A stretch of 64,000 nt of DNA, from assembly GCA_964016885.1 (NCBI GenBank), contig OZ024759.1, positions 34,348,001 through 34,412,000 of the forward strand. Direction: 5' to 3'. Source of the DNA: Eledone cirrhosa. Taxonomy: Eukaryota. The translations under genes and the position numbers were made by a program. Positions 26,761-41,648 of this stretch are shown here, in pieces (position 1 is the stretch's first letter; each line of letters starts with the position of its first letter). Under the pieces are notes generated by a model. The model did no database searches. It had not been told where the DNA came from and saw only the letters and a list, made by a program, of their open reading frames with translations.

Positions 26761-27469
26761 TTTGATAAAACAACCTATTTGAGACAATTGAAGACCAGCA
26801 CTGATTCACCCACAGCCCAACTCAGGCATACCGACCATTGGCTCCGTTAAGTACTTCGCTTCTCTATCATTAGGGCCCATGTCCCACGTCTCTGTATAGA
26901 ATTTTGGACAAGTGTCATTTGTCATTTACCTTGAGTCATTCCATGACTTATCATTAAAATCCTGGAGACGGGAACTGTTTTGAAGCCCATTGGAATGATT
27001 GCACCTATAATTCAAAGGACCTAGATCAGCCATGTGTAATTGAATCTCCCTGAGAATTATGTCAAGGGTACAAACGTCTACACGTTAATTCCTATGAAAC
27101 AAACTTTACTTTTAATTGATCCACTGGAGCAATCATCGCCGAAAGCAACGGGGGTCCTTTATCTAAGTATGATAGAGATTTGTTGAGCCTCTGTTTATAA
27201 AAGAGTTGCTCATAATCAGATGATGGAATCTTTGATGAAACAATGCGAGGGGTAGAATTGCTACTATTACTTCAGAGGAGAAGAAGAATTTGCTGAATGG
27301 AACTCTGCTGTTGTCCAGAATATTGATTCCTAACTACATTATCTAGCTTCTTCCTTCCTGCAATTCTGTGTCTTTCGTAAATGTCTTAGTTTAGAGTTGC
27401 AACAGATAAGGTTTCATTGCTCTAACATTTTTAATTTTCTCAAATACTCTCTCTCTCTCTCTCTCTTTC

Positions 27470-27586
<117 letters not shown>

Positions 27587-27598
27587 TATAGACATATA

Positions 27599-27650
<52 letters not shown>

Positions 27651-27703
27651 TATAGACATATAAACATATATATATACATATATATATATACATATATATA
27701 TAC

Positions 27704-27772
<69 letters not shown>

Positions 27773-27833
27773 CATATATATATACATATATATATATACA
27801 TATATATATACATATATATATACATATATATAC

Positions 27834-27922
<89 letters not shown>

Positions 27923-28090
27923 CATATATATATACATATATATATACATATATGTATATATATATACATATATATATATATACATATATACATATATATA
28001 TATACATATATACATATATATATATATACATATATACATATATATATACATATATACATATATATATATACATATATACATATATATATG

Positions 28091-28171
<81 letters not shown>

Positions 28172-28173
<2 letters not shown>

Positions 28174-28604
28174 AAAGTTATATTTAAATTGTTGGGTTAC
28201 AACTAGTAAATATTTATAACTGATATAAAAGCACTCGACAAGTATTTGGAGTATATTTACGATATTAAATAAATGGAAACTATATTTATAAAACCATATC
28301 TATTTCATTATATATATTTCAGGGATATCATATTAACAATATGCTATGCCTTCCTCAGACAAAATACAATATAAACAGTTTTATAGATAAATAGATTTGA
28401 CATACCGTACAACATCGACTTGCCAATTCAACTTTTCAAATACAAGTCGATGTTGTACGGTATGTCAAATCTATTTATCTATAAAACTGTTTATATTGTA
28501 TTTTGTCTGAGGAAGGCATAGCATATTGTTAATATGATATCCCTGAAATATATATAATGAAATAGATATGGTTTTATAAATATAGTTTCCATTTATTTAA
28601 TATC

Positions 28605-28607
<3 letters not shown>
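28172..28607 (-). mobile_element. Family E HHR element with 165-bp inverted repeat, in (TA)n
   Basis: Arms 28258-28422 and 28443-28607 (reverse complements by eye), 20-nt spacer, unique tail 28172-28257, (TA)n on both sides. Confidence 0.82.
28501..28562 (+). ncRNA. Minimal type I hammerhead ribozyme (family E); mirror copy on - strand 28303-28364
   Basis: TTTTGT CTGAGGA AGG..CATATT-gtt-AATATG..CCT GAAA TATATATA ATGAAA. Confidence 0.8.
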
Positions 28608-28637
<30 letters not shown>

Positions 28638-29124
28638 GTTCTCTTTCCAGTTGTAAGTATTTCTATTATTCTGATATATTTACGAAAGGTGTTTGCCATC
28701 GTATCTTCTTCTCCTCCGCCTCTCCGTCATCTCGTTGTCCTAAACACATCTTTCCACCGGTTTACTGAAGCCTTACTATATCCTATATATGTATATATAT
28801 ATATACATATATATACACATATGTATATATATGTACAGCCGTATATATATATATACATCCGTGTATGAAAGGTCGATATGACATTTGAAACATTTTATTT
28901 ACAAAATATCTGTATAATCACAAATGATGTATACACTATAATATATGCAATATTAGTATATACAATATATACTAATATATACACTGCTTCATTACATGTA
29001 TAGAACATAACAAAATAAAAGGAATAAATCTATGAAATGACTGAAACTGTCAAAGTGGAATATTTTATTATTTTATAATTTGAAGATAAACTATATTTTT
29101 GGTAAAACTAACATATTAGTAGGA

Positions 29125-29272
<148 letters not shown>

Positions 29273-29351
29273 ATATATGTATATATATGTATATATATAT
29301 AAATATATATGTCTATATATATGTATATATATATAAATATATATGTCTATA

Positions 29352-29398
<47 letters not shown>

Positions 29399-29433
29399 GC
29401 ATATCCATCTCTATATATATATGCATATACATG

Positions 29434-29464
<31 letters not shown>

Positions 29465-29581
29465 GTATATATATATGTATATATATATGTATATATATGT
29501 ATATATATAAATATGTATATATATATATGTATATATATGTATATATATATATATATGTATATATATATGTATATATATGTA

Positions 29582-29612
<31 letters not shown>

Positions 29613-29617
29613 ATATA

Positions 29618-29650
<33 letters not shown>

Positions 29651-29953
29651 GTATATATATATGTGTATATATGTGTATATATATGTGTATATATATGTAT
29701 ATATATATATGTATATATATATGTATGTATATATATATGTATATATATATGTATATATAGGTATATATATATGTATATATATGTATATATATATGTATAT
29801 ATTTATGTATATATATGTATATATATATGTATATATATATATGTATATATATGTATATATATATGTATATATATATGTATATATATGTATATATATATGT
29901 ATATATATATGTATATATATATGTATATGTATATATAATATGTATATATATAG

Positions 29954-30002
<49 letters not shown>

Positions 30003-30115
30003 GTTATATATATATATGTATATATATATAGTTATATATATATATGTATATATATATAGTTATATATATATATATTTGTATATATATAGTTATATATATA
30101 TATGTATATATATAG

Positions 30116-30182
<67 letters not shown>

Positions 30183-30185
<3 letters not shown>

Positions 30186-30353
30186 CGAAGGAGTTGTGGT
30201 AAGGAACCAGGTGGACCATAACGCACCAGAGTACTCAATATTTAGGGTGCAGAGTGGGTAATAGAAGAAAGTGTGACCCCGACGGAAGAGCTCAAGCCGT
30301 TTCGACGGCTATTTCTGGACTTGAGTTCTGCCGTCGGGGTCATACTTTCTCCT
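30183..30353 (-). mobile_element. Family B element
   Basis: Same tail, partial inverted head, (TA)n flanks. Confidence 0.75.
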
Positions 30354-31532
30354 ATATATATATATATATTTCTCACTCTCTCACACGTGCTCTATCTCCC
30401 TGATTCTCCCTCTCTCGCCCTGACTCTGACTCTCACTCTTACTCTCTCTGTTTCTCACTCTCTCACATTATCTCTCTCTCTATCTCTCACTCATTCTCTC
30501 TCATCCTCCCTCTAACCCTCTCTTTGTTTTGCGTTTCCGTCTCTCACACTATATCTCTCTCTCTCTCTCTCTCTATCTATCTAGCTATCTATCTCTATCT
30601 CTATCTCTCTCTCTTTCTCTCTCTCACTCTACTAAAAAAGACACAATTCTGCCATATTTATAAGAACCTTGCCTCACTTAAGACAAGGTCATCAATTTGA
30701 AAGTCAGGTAAATCGACTCCTGCCTATTACTGGAGCTCTAGTTCATCAACCTTGCAATGACAAGAGAAAGGGCTTGAACTCAAATGGACGTAACTATATG
30801 ACGCAAAGCATATTAACTGATGTTCTAATGACACCTCCCTTGTAATAAGAAGGAGGAGGGGCAGGAGGAGGAGAAGGAGAAGAAGAAGGAGAAGAAGAAG
30901 AAGAAGAAGAAGAAGAAGAAGAAGGAGAAGGAGGAATATAAAATAAAGTTTGCGATATTTTTACAAATTGCCTGAAGAGAAACTAATTTTTTAAGACCTT
31001 AAATAGATGACGTTCTCTGTCTTTACGTACTGAACAAACCCAATATAATCTTGAAGCAATTTTCAATTCGATAAATTGATCACATGTCAATCGAAGCATA
31101 AGAACTTACACCACAGCATCAAAACGTCTTAACATCATCATCAGCATCATTATTATTATCAAAATTGTCATCATTACCATCGTTATCATTATCACCATAG
31201 TTGTCACCAACATCCTTATATATATATCATCATCGCCATCAGCATAAGCATCGCCGTCATCGAAATGTGCACCACCGCCATCCTCATAGCCATCATCACT
31301 ATCATTATCATCACCTTCCGTATCTTTTGTGTGTGTTGTTGTTGTTGTGTGTATAGTGTGAGAGTATCTACTCTTGTTTATTTTCCTTCAGTTTTGCTTT
31401 CTTTGATTTTCAGGTATGTACGTCCTTGCTTAGCAATGCTTATATAGCTCTCTCTCTCTCACTCTCTCTCTCACTCTCTCTCTCACTCTCTCTCTCTCAC
31501 TCTCTCTCTCACTCTCTCTCACACTCTCTCTC

Positions 31533-31579
<47 letters not shown>

Positions 31580-31653
31580 ATAAATATATATGTGTTTATA
31601 TGCATACATATAATCCATTTCTTCCCCTTCTCACATCTATGTTTATATATCTA

Positions 31654-31688
<35 letters not shown>

Positions 31689-31690
<2 letters not shown>

Positions 31691-31891
31691 CGAGGGAAAA
31701 GTGGTAAGGAACCAGGTGGACCATAACGCACCAAAGTACTCAATACTTAGGGTAATAGAGTGGGTAATAGGCGTAAGTAAGACCCCGACGGCTGAGCTCA
31801 AGCCGTTTCGACGGCTAATTCTGTACTCAATTAGCCGTACAGAATTAGCCGTCGAAACGGCTTGAGCTCAGCCGTCGGGGTCTTACTTACT

Positions 31892-31895
<4 letters not shown>
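31689..31895 (-). mobile_element. Family B element with the longest retained stem II
   Basis: Minus strand ACGGCTAATT-gagtacag-AATTAGCCGTC GAAACGGC..GCCGTC GGGGTC. Confidence 0.78.
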
Positions 31896-31973
<78 letters not shown>

Positions 31974-32000
31974 CACATATATATTGAGAGAGAGAGACAT

Positions 32001-32069
<69 letters not shown>

Positions 32070-32071
32070 TA

Positions 32072-32143
<72 letters not shown>

Positions 32144-32377
32144 TATATATATATATATATTTATATATGAAGCCAAATCAGTGACATGAAAGAGTAGAGT
32201 GTTACGTTGGTATCGTGTGATAAATCAAATAGAAACGAGGACAAAAACATTTGAGAAAAAATGTCCAATGCAATGAATCAACTGGAACAATGGGTCCACG
32301 AATAATAAGAAAGAGAAATTGGGTGGAAAATATGACACTAAACAATCGGACAGGGAAAAAACAATAGTTGGGAAACT

Positions 32378-33030
32378 GGGCCAAATTTGACAGACATCTA
32401 ATCATCTGCCGTAAAATAGGGTCTCAGTCTTCTTGTAGAAATGGTTGAGAAATAGATGGCACCGCGGTTCCAACAGCTCTAAGATTAACAAATATCGGAT
32501 GATCAAGCATAAAATAGGGTCTCAGATCTAGTGTAGAAATGGCCGAGAAATGGATACCACTGTAGTTCCAACAGCTCTAAGATTAACAAATATAGGATGA
32601 TCAAGTATAATATAGGGTCTGAGATCTCGTGTAGAAATGGCCGAGAAATAGATAGCACCGTAGTTATAACAGCTCTAAGATTAACAAATATCGGGTCATC
32701 AGACATAGGCATAATATAGGGTCTCAGATCTTGTGTAGAAATAGTCGAGGAAAAGCGTAACCCCCTAAGTTCCACGTTGGTGGTAATGTGAATTAGATGA
32801 AACATCATCAGCGGAGCGGAAACAATTGGGAGACGGGACTAGGCTTAACAAATATCCGATCATCAGCCGTACAATAGTGTCTCAGTTTTCATGTAGAAAT
32901 GATGGAGAAATTCATAACCACGACGTTCCACTTTGGCGGTAATGTGAAATAGATGAAACATCGTCAGAGGAAACTGAAGTCTCAGTTTTCATGTAGAAAT
33001 TGTGGAGAGAAGAATAACACCAAGGTTCCA
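32378..33030. repeat. ~98-bp tandem repeat decaying rightwards
   Basis: GCTCTAAGATTAACAAATAT at 32476, 32574, 32672; GTCTCAG..TGTAGAAAT recurs to ~33000. Confidence 0.85.
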
Positions 33031-33099
33031 CCAGGGCGGTCTATTCTATGGTGATGCAGTCTATTTTATGGTGGTGCAGTCTATTTTATGGTACAAGAG

Positions 33100-33630
33100 A
33101 CTCTGTATTCTGCTGAAACATGTACCTTATCATAATTCTCAGGGAGATTCAGTGTTACACTCTATGTAATAAGGCTGGTACTTTGAATGACTTGTGCTGT
33201 CCATTTGATGGTACATATGGCCGAGTATTCCACGTATAGCTTAACCTAGTTCTCAGTGAGATTCAGAATGATTCTCTGTTAGAAGGCTGGATTCGAATTA
33301 CAGATACAGTATATATTATATTATAGTGTCAGTGGATGAGTACTCCACAGACGTGTCTACACTTTACGTAATTCTCAGGGAGATTCAGTAATACAGTATA
33401 TATGTCAAGGCTAGTTCTTTAAATAAAAGTCCATCAGCCAGAATTCTAAACAGTTTCTGTCTACCAAATTTCACTCACAAGACATGGGTTGACCCGCTAC
33501 TACGACAAGAGACACTTGTGTACATAGATGAGCTTTTCACAGACACGTGTACGTTAAGGTAAATCTCATGGAGATTCAGTTCCTCACAGTGTGTGAAAAG
33601 GCTGGTGCTTTCAATGACATGTACAGTTCG
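33100..33630. repeat. Degenerate tandem amplification (~115-bp units) of the SINE family 3 body
   Basis: Repeated TTCTCAGGGAGATTCAG..AAGGCTGG..TTTGAA..TCCACAGACACGTG. Confidence 0.65.
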
Positions 33631-33984
33631 TTACGATAAATTTCCTGAACATTTCTGTCCACAAGATTTGACTCACGAACCTCGGCTGACCTTGTGCTAT
33701 TGTAAATGACACAGACCCGTGGTCCCATGCAGTGGGATCGAACCAAGGACCTAATGAATACGAAGGAAACTTATAAAACATTCGGCCACGTTCTAACAGC
33801 AACAACAACAACAACAACGATAACAACAACACAAAGAACATTAATAGCTCGGTTAATGGCGTCGATGGAAATGAATAAATTTCACTTCTTCATGAATCTA
33901 TAATGAAACGCCGGAAGCTGGTTCGAACCTAAACCCTCTACGTGTGAAATCCACTTAACTTATCCACTCAGCCACCTGTCATAC

Positions 33985-34320
33985 TAATAATTGCTTCTAC
34001 ATTTAGCACAAGGCCAGCAATATGAAAAGAATTGGAGAAAGTTGAGTAAATCAACCCAGTGTATTACTGGTACTTTATTTTAACGACCCCTTAAGGATGA
34101 AAGGCAAAGTTAACCTCGGCAGGATTTGAAAAATAATTGTTTCTACTTTAGGCACAAGGCCAGCAATTACCCAGTGCATTACTGGTACTTTATTTTATCG
34201 ACCCCGTAAGGATGAAAGGCAAAGTCAACCTCGGCGGGATTTGAACTCAGATCGTAAAGGGACGTAACTCTGCTGGAAAGCATGGCGTCCGACCCTCTAC
34301 CGATACTGCCAATCCACCGC
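33985..34320 (-). mobile_element. Two adjacent SINE family 1 copies
   Basis: Older truncated copy 33985-34130 and full copy 34132-34320. Confidence 0.8.
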
Positions 34321-34592
34321 ACATCTTTCAACCTTCCTTAGGACGACTTTAACGGTTTTACACTTTCTCCTTCCCTATCTCTCTCTCACTATCTTTTTTA
34401 CATGTTCTCTCTCTCTATCTCGCTCTCTCTCTCTTTCTCTGTCTCTCTCACTATCTTGTTTACACTTTCTCTCTATATATATATATCTCTCTCTCGCACT
34501 ATTGTTCTTACACACACTCTCTCTATCTATCTACCTCTCTATCTCTCTATCTCTATCTCTCTCTCACTATCTTTCTTTCTTACACTTTCTCC

Positions 34593-34642
<50 letters not shown>

Positions 34643-35382
34643 ATCTTTCTTTCTTACACATTCTCTCTCTATCTCTCTCTTACTGTCCATCTTACACACT
34701 CTCTCTCTCTCTGCCTCTCTCTCACTCTCTCTCTTCCTTTCTCCTCTTAACACACACCACACCACACACATACACACACTACAGTACACATATACCCACA
34801 ACTACACACCACACATATATACCTATACAACAGCACACACACGACCACACACACACACACACTGATACACACACACACACTGCTACTAAAACACTGATAC
34901 ACACACACATATTGATACACACACACTGATACATACACACACTGATACACACACACACAGCTACACACACACATACACTGATATACACACACACACTGCT
35001 ACACACACACACACTGCTACACGTACACACACACACACACTGCTACATACACACACAATGATACACACACACACTGCTACACACACACACTGTTACACAC
35101 ACACACTGCTACACACACACATACACTGATACACACACACACTGCTACACACACACACACACACACACTGATACACACACACTGATACACACACACACAC
35201 TGCTACACACACACTGCTTAACACAGACACTGTTACACACACACACACTGATACACACATACACTGATACACACACACATTGATACACACACACGACAAC
35301 ACACACACACTGCTACTAACACACACTGATACACACACCCTATATACGTTAGCATTTGCAGATGCAGTAATTTCAGAATTGA

Positions 35383-35659
35383 AGTAGTAGTAGTAGTAGT
35401 GGTGGTGGTGGTGGTGGTGGTGGTGGTGGTGGTGGTGGTGGTGGTAGTAGTACTGGTGGTAGTACTGGTGGTAGTAGTAATAGTAGTAGTAGTAGTAGTA
35501 GTACTAGTGGGAGTAGTGGTAGTGGTGGTACTAGTAGTAGTAGTAGTAGTAGTAGTGGTAGTAGTAATAGTAGTAGTAGTAGTGGTGGTTGTAGTAGTAG
35601 TGGTAGTAGTACTGGTGATAGTAGTAGTAGTAGTGGTAGTAGTGGGAGTAGTGGTGGTA

Positions 35660-35700
<41 letters not shown>

Positions 35701-35925
35701 AGTAGTAGTACTATCATTAGCAGTAGTAGTAGTAGTAGTAGTGTCACACCTACAATTAATATTACCTGCAATAGACTAATTACTACTACTACTACTACTA
35801 CTACTATCAATTCTACTCCCATTTCTACTACTACTATTACTACTACTACTACTAAACTACCCCTAGTAGAACTAATACCACCACCGCTGCTACTACTAAT
35901 ACTATTACTATTACTACTAATGTCA
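35383..35925. repeat. (GTA/GTG)n followed by inverted (TAC)n trinucleotide tracts
   Basis: Direct inspection; similar tracts at 5158-5800, 16590-16790, 20115-20350. Confidence 0.95.
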
Positions 35926-35987
35926 CTATAAATGGCTTTATTAGCGTTTCATATGAAATAGTATTTATAATTTCTATCTATCTATCT

Positions 35988-36037
<50 letters not shown>

Positions 36038-36065
36038 GCATATATATATATATATTTATATATAC

Positions 36066-36174
<109 letters not shown>

Positions 36175-36191
36175 AAGAAAGATATATATAT

Positions 36192-36237
<46 letters not shown>

Positions 36238-36345
36238 GTATATGCATATACATATACATATATATATATATGTTTGTATATATATATGTATATATGGCTG
36301 CGTATATATGTATATATATATATATTATATACACACATATATATA

Positions 36346-36403
<58 letters not shown>

Positions 36404-36417
36404 TATATATGTGTGTG

Positions 36418-36494
<77 letters not shown>

Positions 36495-36533
36495 CACACA
36501 CATATATATATATATACACACATATATATATAT

Positions 36534-36568
<35 letters not shown>

Positions 36569-36654
36569 GTAGTGGTGGTGGTGGTGTAGATGTGTTAGAC
36601 TGGAAGCGGGTGTGGTAGGAGAAAGAAGAGGTGTAAGAAGAAAGGGAGACGACA

Positions 36655-38790
36655 GAAGCAGCAGCAGCATCAACGGCAGCAACAACAGCAGCACTGCCAC
36701 CAGCAGCAACATCAACTTGTTCTACCACAGTAACAGTAACAACCTCACCAGCAGCAACTGTCCGTGGTACAACAGCAGCAACAACAACAGCACTGCCACC
36801 AGCAGCAACACTCCAATAGCATGTTGTACTACAACAGCAACAGCAGCATCAATAACATCATCAGCAGGCTATAGTACTGCAAGAGGAGCCTCAACAGCAG
36901 CACCATCAGCAGGCTGTAGTACTACAAGAACACCATCAACAGCAGCACCATCAGCAGGCTATAGTACTGCAAGAGGAGCCTCAACAGCAGCACCATCAGC
37001 AGGCTATAGTACTGCAAGAGGAGCCTCAACAGCGGCACCATCAGCAGGCTGTAGTACTACAAGAGGAGCCCAGCAGCAGCACCATCAGCAGGCTATAGTA
37101 CTGCAAGAGAAGCCTCAACAGCAGCACCATCAGCAGGCTATAGTACTACAAGAACACCATCAACAGCAGCACCATCAGCAGGCTATAGTACTACAAGAAC
37201 ACCATCAACAGCAGCACCATCAGCAGGCTATAGTACTACAAGAACACCATCAACAGCAGCACTATCAGCAGGCTGTAGTACTACAAGAACACCATCAACA
37301 GCAGCACCATCAGCAGGCTATAGTACTACAAGAACACCATCAACAGCAGCACCATCAGCAGGCTGTAGTACTACAAGAACACCATCAACAGCAGCATCAT
37401 CAGCAGGCTGTAGTACTACAAGAACACCATCAACAGCAGCACCATCAGCAGGCTGTAGTACTACAAGAACACCATCAACAGCAGCACCAGCAGCAGTACG
37501 TACCATCAGCAGGCTATAGTAGTACAAGAACACTACCAGCACCAGTAGCAGCACTATCATCAACAGCAGCAGAAGATTGTAGTACTACAAGTGCAGCAGC
37601 AGCGCCACTATCAGCCGCAGCAGCAGTCTGTAGTACTACAGCACTATCAGCAGTACCAACAGTAGCATTAGTAGCAATAATAGATCAGCAGCAGCAGTCT
37701 GTAGTACTACAACACTGGCAGCAGCAGCAGTCTGTAGTACTATAACACTATCAGCAGCAGCAGTCTGTAGTACTACAACACTAGCAGCAGCAGCAGTCTG
37801 TAGTACTACAACACTATCAGCAGCAGCAGTCTGTAGTACTACAACACTAGCAGCAGTCTGTAGTACTACAACACTAGCAGCAGTCTGTAGTACTACAACA
37901 CTAGCAGCAGCAGCAGTCTGTAGTACTACAACCCTATCAGCAGCAGCAGCAGTCTGTAGTACTACAACACTAGCAGCAGCAGCAGTCTGTAGTACTACAA
38001 CACTAGCAGCAGCAGCAGTCTGTAGTACTACAACGCTATCAGCAGCAGCAGTCTGTAGTACTACAACACTAGCAGCAGTCTGTAGTACTACAACACTATC
38101 AGCAGCAGCAGTCTGTAGTACTACAACACTATCATCAGCAGCAGCAGTAGCTGTCTGTAATTCTACAGCATCAGCACTAACATCAGCAACATTAATAGCA
38201 ATAGCAGCACTATCAGCAGCAGCAGCACCATCATCACCACCAGTGGCACTATCAAGGAGCAGCACCTCAGCAGCACCATCGTCACCATCAGCAGCAGCAG
38301 CACCGTCATCACCGTCAGCAGTAGCAGCACCATCGTCACCACCAGTGGCACTATCAAGCAGCATCACTATCAGAAGCAGCAGCACCGTCATCACCATCAG
38401 CAGCAGCAGCACCGTCATCACCGTCAGCAGTAGCAGGCAGCACCACCAGCAGCACCAGTAGCACTATCAAGCAGCAGCACTATCAGCAACATCGGTAGCA
38501 CCGCCATCAGCAGCAGCTGCAGCACCACCAGCAACATAAGCAGTAGCAGGCAGCACCACCAGCACTATCAGTAGCACCATCAAGCAGCAGCACCACCATC
38601 ACCAACAGTAGCACCATCAAGCAGCAGCACCACAGCACCCTCAGTAGCACATCAAGCAGCAGCACCACCATCACCAACAGTAGCACTATCAAGCAGCAGC
38701 ACCACCAGCACCATCAGTAGCACCATCACCATCAGTAGCACCATCAAGCAGCAGCACCACCATCACCATCAGTAGCACCATCAAGCAGCA
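36655..38790. repeat. CAG-derived composite minisatellite (45-bp units, then ~27-36-bp units, then CAG/CAC-rich)
   Basis: Unit CACCATCAGCAGGCTRTAGTACTACAAGAACACCATCAACAGCAG then CAGCAGTCTGTAGTACTACAACACTA(T). Confidence 0.9.
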
Positions 38791-38814
38791 TATATTGGAG
38801 TATTGCCACGTTTT

Positions 38815-39266
38815 CCTACTGTTCACACTCTTCTCTCTCTCTCTCTCTCTGTTATATCACTCTCTCTCTCTGTTATCTCTCTCTCTTCCCTCTCTCTCTC
38901 TCTCTCTCTCTGTTATCTCTCTCCCCCTCTCTCTCTCATCAGTTCACACTGTTATATACATCTCTCTCTCTCTCTGTTATATCACTCTCTCTCTACCATC
39001 AGTTCACACTGCTCTCGCTCTGTCTTATCTCTCTCTCCCGCTCTCTCTATCTCTTATCAGTTCACACTGTTATATACATCTCTCTCTCTCTCTCTGTTAT
39101 ATCACACTCTATCTCTCTCTCTGTTATCTCTCTCTCCCTCTCATCAGTTCACACTGCTATACATCTCTCTCTCTCTGTTATATCACTCTCTCTCTCTCTC
39201 TGTTATCTCTCTCTCCCTCTCATCAGTTCAAACTGCTATACATCTCTCTCTCTCTCTGTTATATCA

Positions 39267-39307
<41 letters not shown>

Positions 39308-39907
39308 ATCTCTCTCTCCCCCTCTCATCAGTTCACACTGCTATACATCTCTCTCTCTCTCTACCGTCAGTTCTCTGTATTTGTCTGTCAGTACAACTCG
39401 AACCTGCCATTCATACATCCACTGCAGCTTTTTACTATCTCTCTCTCCCATTTCTCTCTCTTTCTTGCTCTATCTCTCTTGCTCTCTCTCACTCTCTCTC
39501 TCTATCTCCCCCTCTCTATCTTTCTCTCTCTCTCTCTTGCTCGTTCTCTCTCTCTCTCTCTCTCTCTCTTTAGATATCTCTCTCTCTCTCTCTATCTCTA
39601 GTTCTCCCTCTTCTATCTATATATCTACCTATCTATCTACCGGTCTCTATATCTATCTGTCTATCTACCTGTCTACCTGTCTATCTATCTATCTATCTTT
39701 GTCTGTCAGTACAACTCGAACCTGCCATTCATACATCCACTGCAGCTTTTTACTATCTCTCTCTCCCATTTCTCTCTCTTTCTCTCTCTGTCTTCTTCCG
39801 TCTCACTATATATCTACCTATCTATCTATCTCATTCTCTCTATCTATTAATAATATCGCCACTCTCTCTCTCTCTCTCCATTCATCCATTCACTGTCGCT
39901 TTTTAAT

Positions 39908-39964
<57 letters not shown>

Positions 39965-40234
39965 TCCCTCTCTCCCTCTCCTTCTCTCTCTCCCCCTCTC
40001 TCTCCCTCTCTCTCTCCCTATCCCTCTCTCTCCTCCCTCCTCCTTTCTCTATCTCTCTCTATTTACCTATCTATCTCTCTATTTGTTAGTCTCTCCTACA
40101 ATTCACTGTCAATTTTTAATTCATCTCTTCTTCTTCTTCTTCTTCTTCTTCTTCTTCTTCTTCTTCCGTCTCTCTATCTATCTATATATCTCCTTCTCCC
40201 TCTCTTTTTCTACCTGTTAACTATCTCTCTCTCG

Positions 40235-40315
<81 letters not shown>

Positions 40316-41105
40316 CATCCATTCACTGTCGCTTTTAAATTACTCTCTTCTATTCTTCTCTCTCTCCCTCTCTTCTTTTCCCCTCTCTCTATCTATCTAT
40401 CTATTATCTAACTACCTCTTTATCTCTCTCTTCTTCCCTCCCTCTCCCAATCTCTCTCTCTCTCTCTCTCTCTCTTTATTCAAAAATTCACTCACTTTTA
40501 ACTTCCTCTGTTTTCCTCTCTCTCTCTCCCTCTCACTCACCTCTCTTCCCTTTCAATCTATCTACCTCGTTCTCAACGTTTCTCCCTCTCTATCTATCTA
40601 TCTATATATATATATATATCTCCCTCTCACTCACTACTCTTCCCTCTCCCTCTCTCTATCTATCTATCTATCTACCTCGTTCTCACATTTTCTCCTCTCT
40701 CTCTATCTATCTACCTCGTTCTCGACTGTTCTCCCTCTCGCTCTCTCTCTATATATATCTCCCTCTCACTCACTACTCTTCCCTCTCTCTCTCACTCTAT
40801 CTATCTATCTACCTCGTTCTCAACTTTTCTCCTCTCTCTCTATCTATCTATCTACCTCGTTCTCGACTTTTCTCCCTCTCGCTCTCTCTATATATATATA
40901 TCTCCCTCTCACTCACTACTCTTCCCTCTCTCTCTCACTCTATCTATCTATCTACCTCGTTCTCAACTTTTCTCCCTCTATATCTATCTATCTATATATA
41001 TATATCTCCCTCTCACCCACTACTCTTCCCCCTCCCTCTATATATCTACCTCGTTCTCGACTGTTCTCCCTCTGTCTCTCTGTTTACAACTTCTCTCCTC
41101 TCTCT
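38815..41105. repeat. (CT)n-based compound minisatellites and short duplications
   Basis: Recurring CATCAGTTCACACTG, CTGTTATATCAC, CTACCTCGTTCTC; ~85-bp duplication at 39378 and 39698. Confidence 0.85.
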
Positions 41106-41231
41106 CTCATCCTGACGTTCCGATCAGCTCTTGCCCGGCACATCCTACTAGTACACAACATTGACATAAAACCATGCCGTGAACATAACCACCTTCCATA
41201 ACACTTAGCTCTCACTAACCTATAAAAAGTA

Positions 41232-41266
<35 letters not shown>

Positions 41267-41359
41267 CACACACATACACACATAGATATATACACATAAA
41301 CACACGCATACACTCACACACACACACACATACACACAGACAAACACACAAACACACAC

Positions 41360-41400
<41 letters not shown>

Positions 41401-41576
41401 CATACACATATATATATTCATATATAATATATATATACATATATTCATATATATACATATATATATTCATATATATACATATATTCATATATATACATAT
41501 ATATATTCATATATATACATATATATATTCATATATATATACATATATATATATACATACATACATATATATATAT

Positions 41577-41648
<72 letters not shown>

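Noticed and set aside
27150-27400. Protein-like minus-strand frame (DIYERHRIAGRKK..SDYEQLFYKQRL)
   Set aside because: In-frame stop, no clear splice sites, no recognisable family
30972-30990. CTGAAGAGAAAC
   Set aside because: No stem II or flanking helices; chance match
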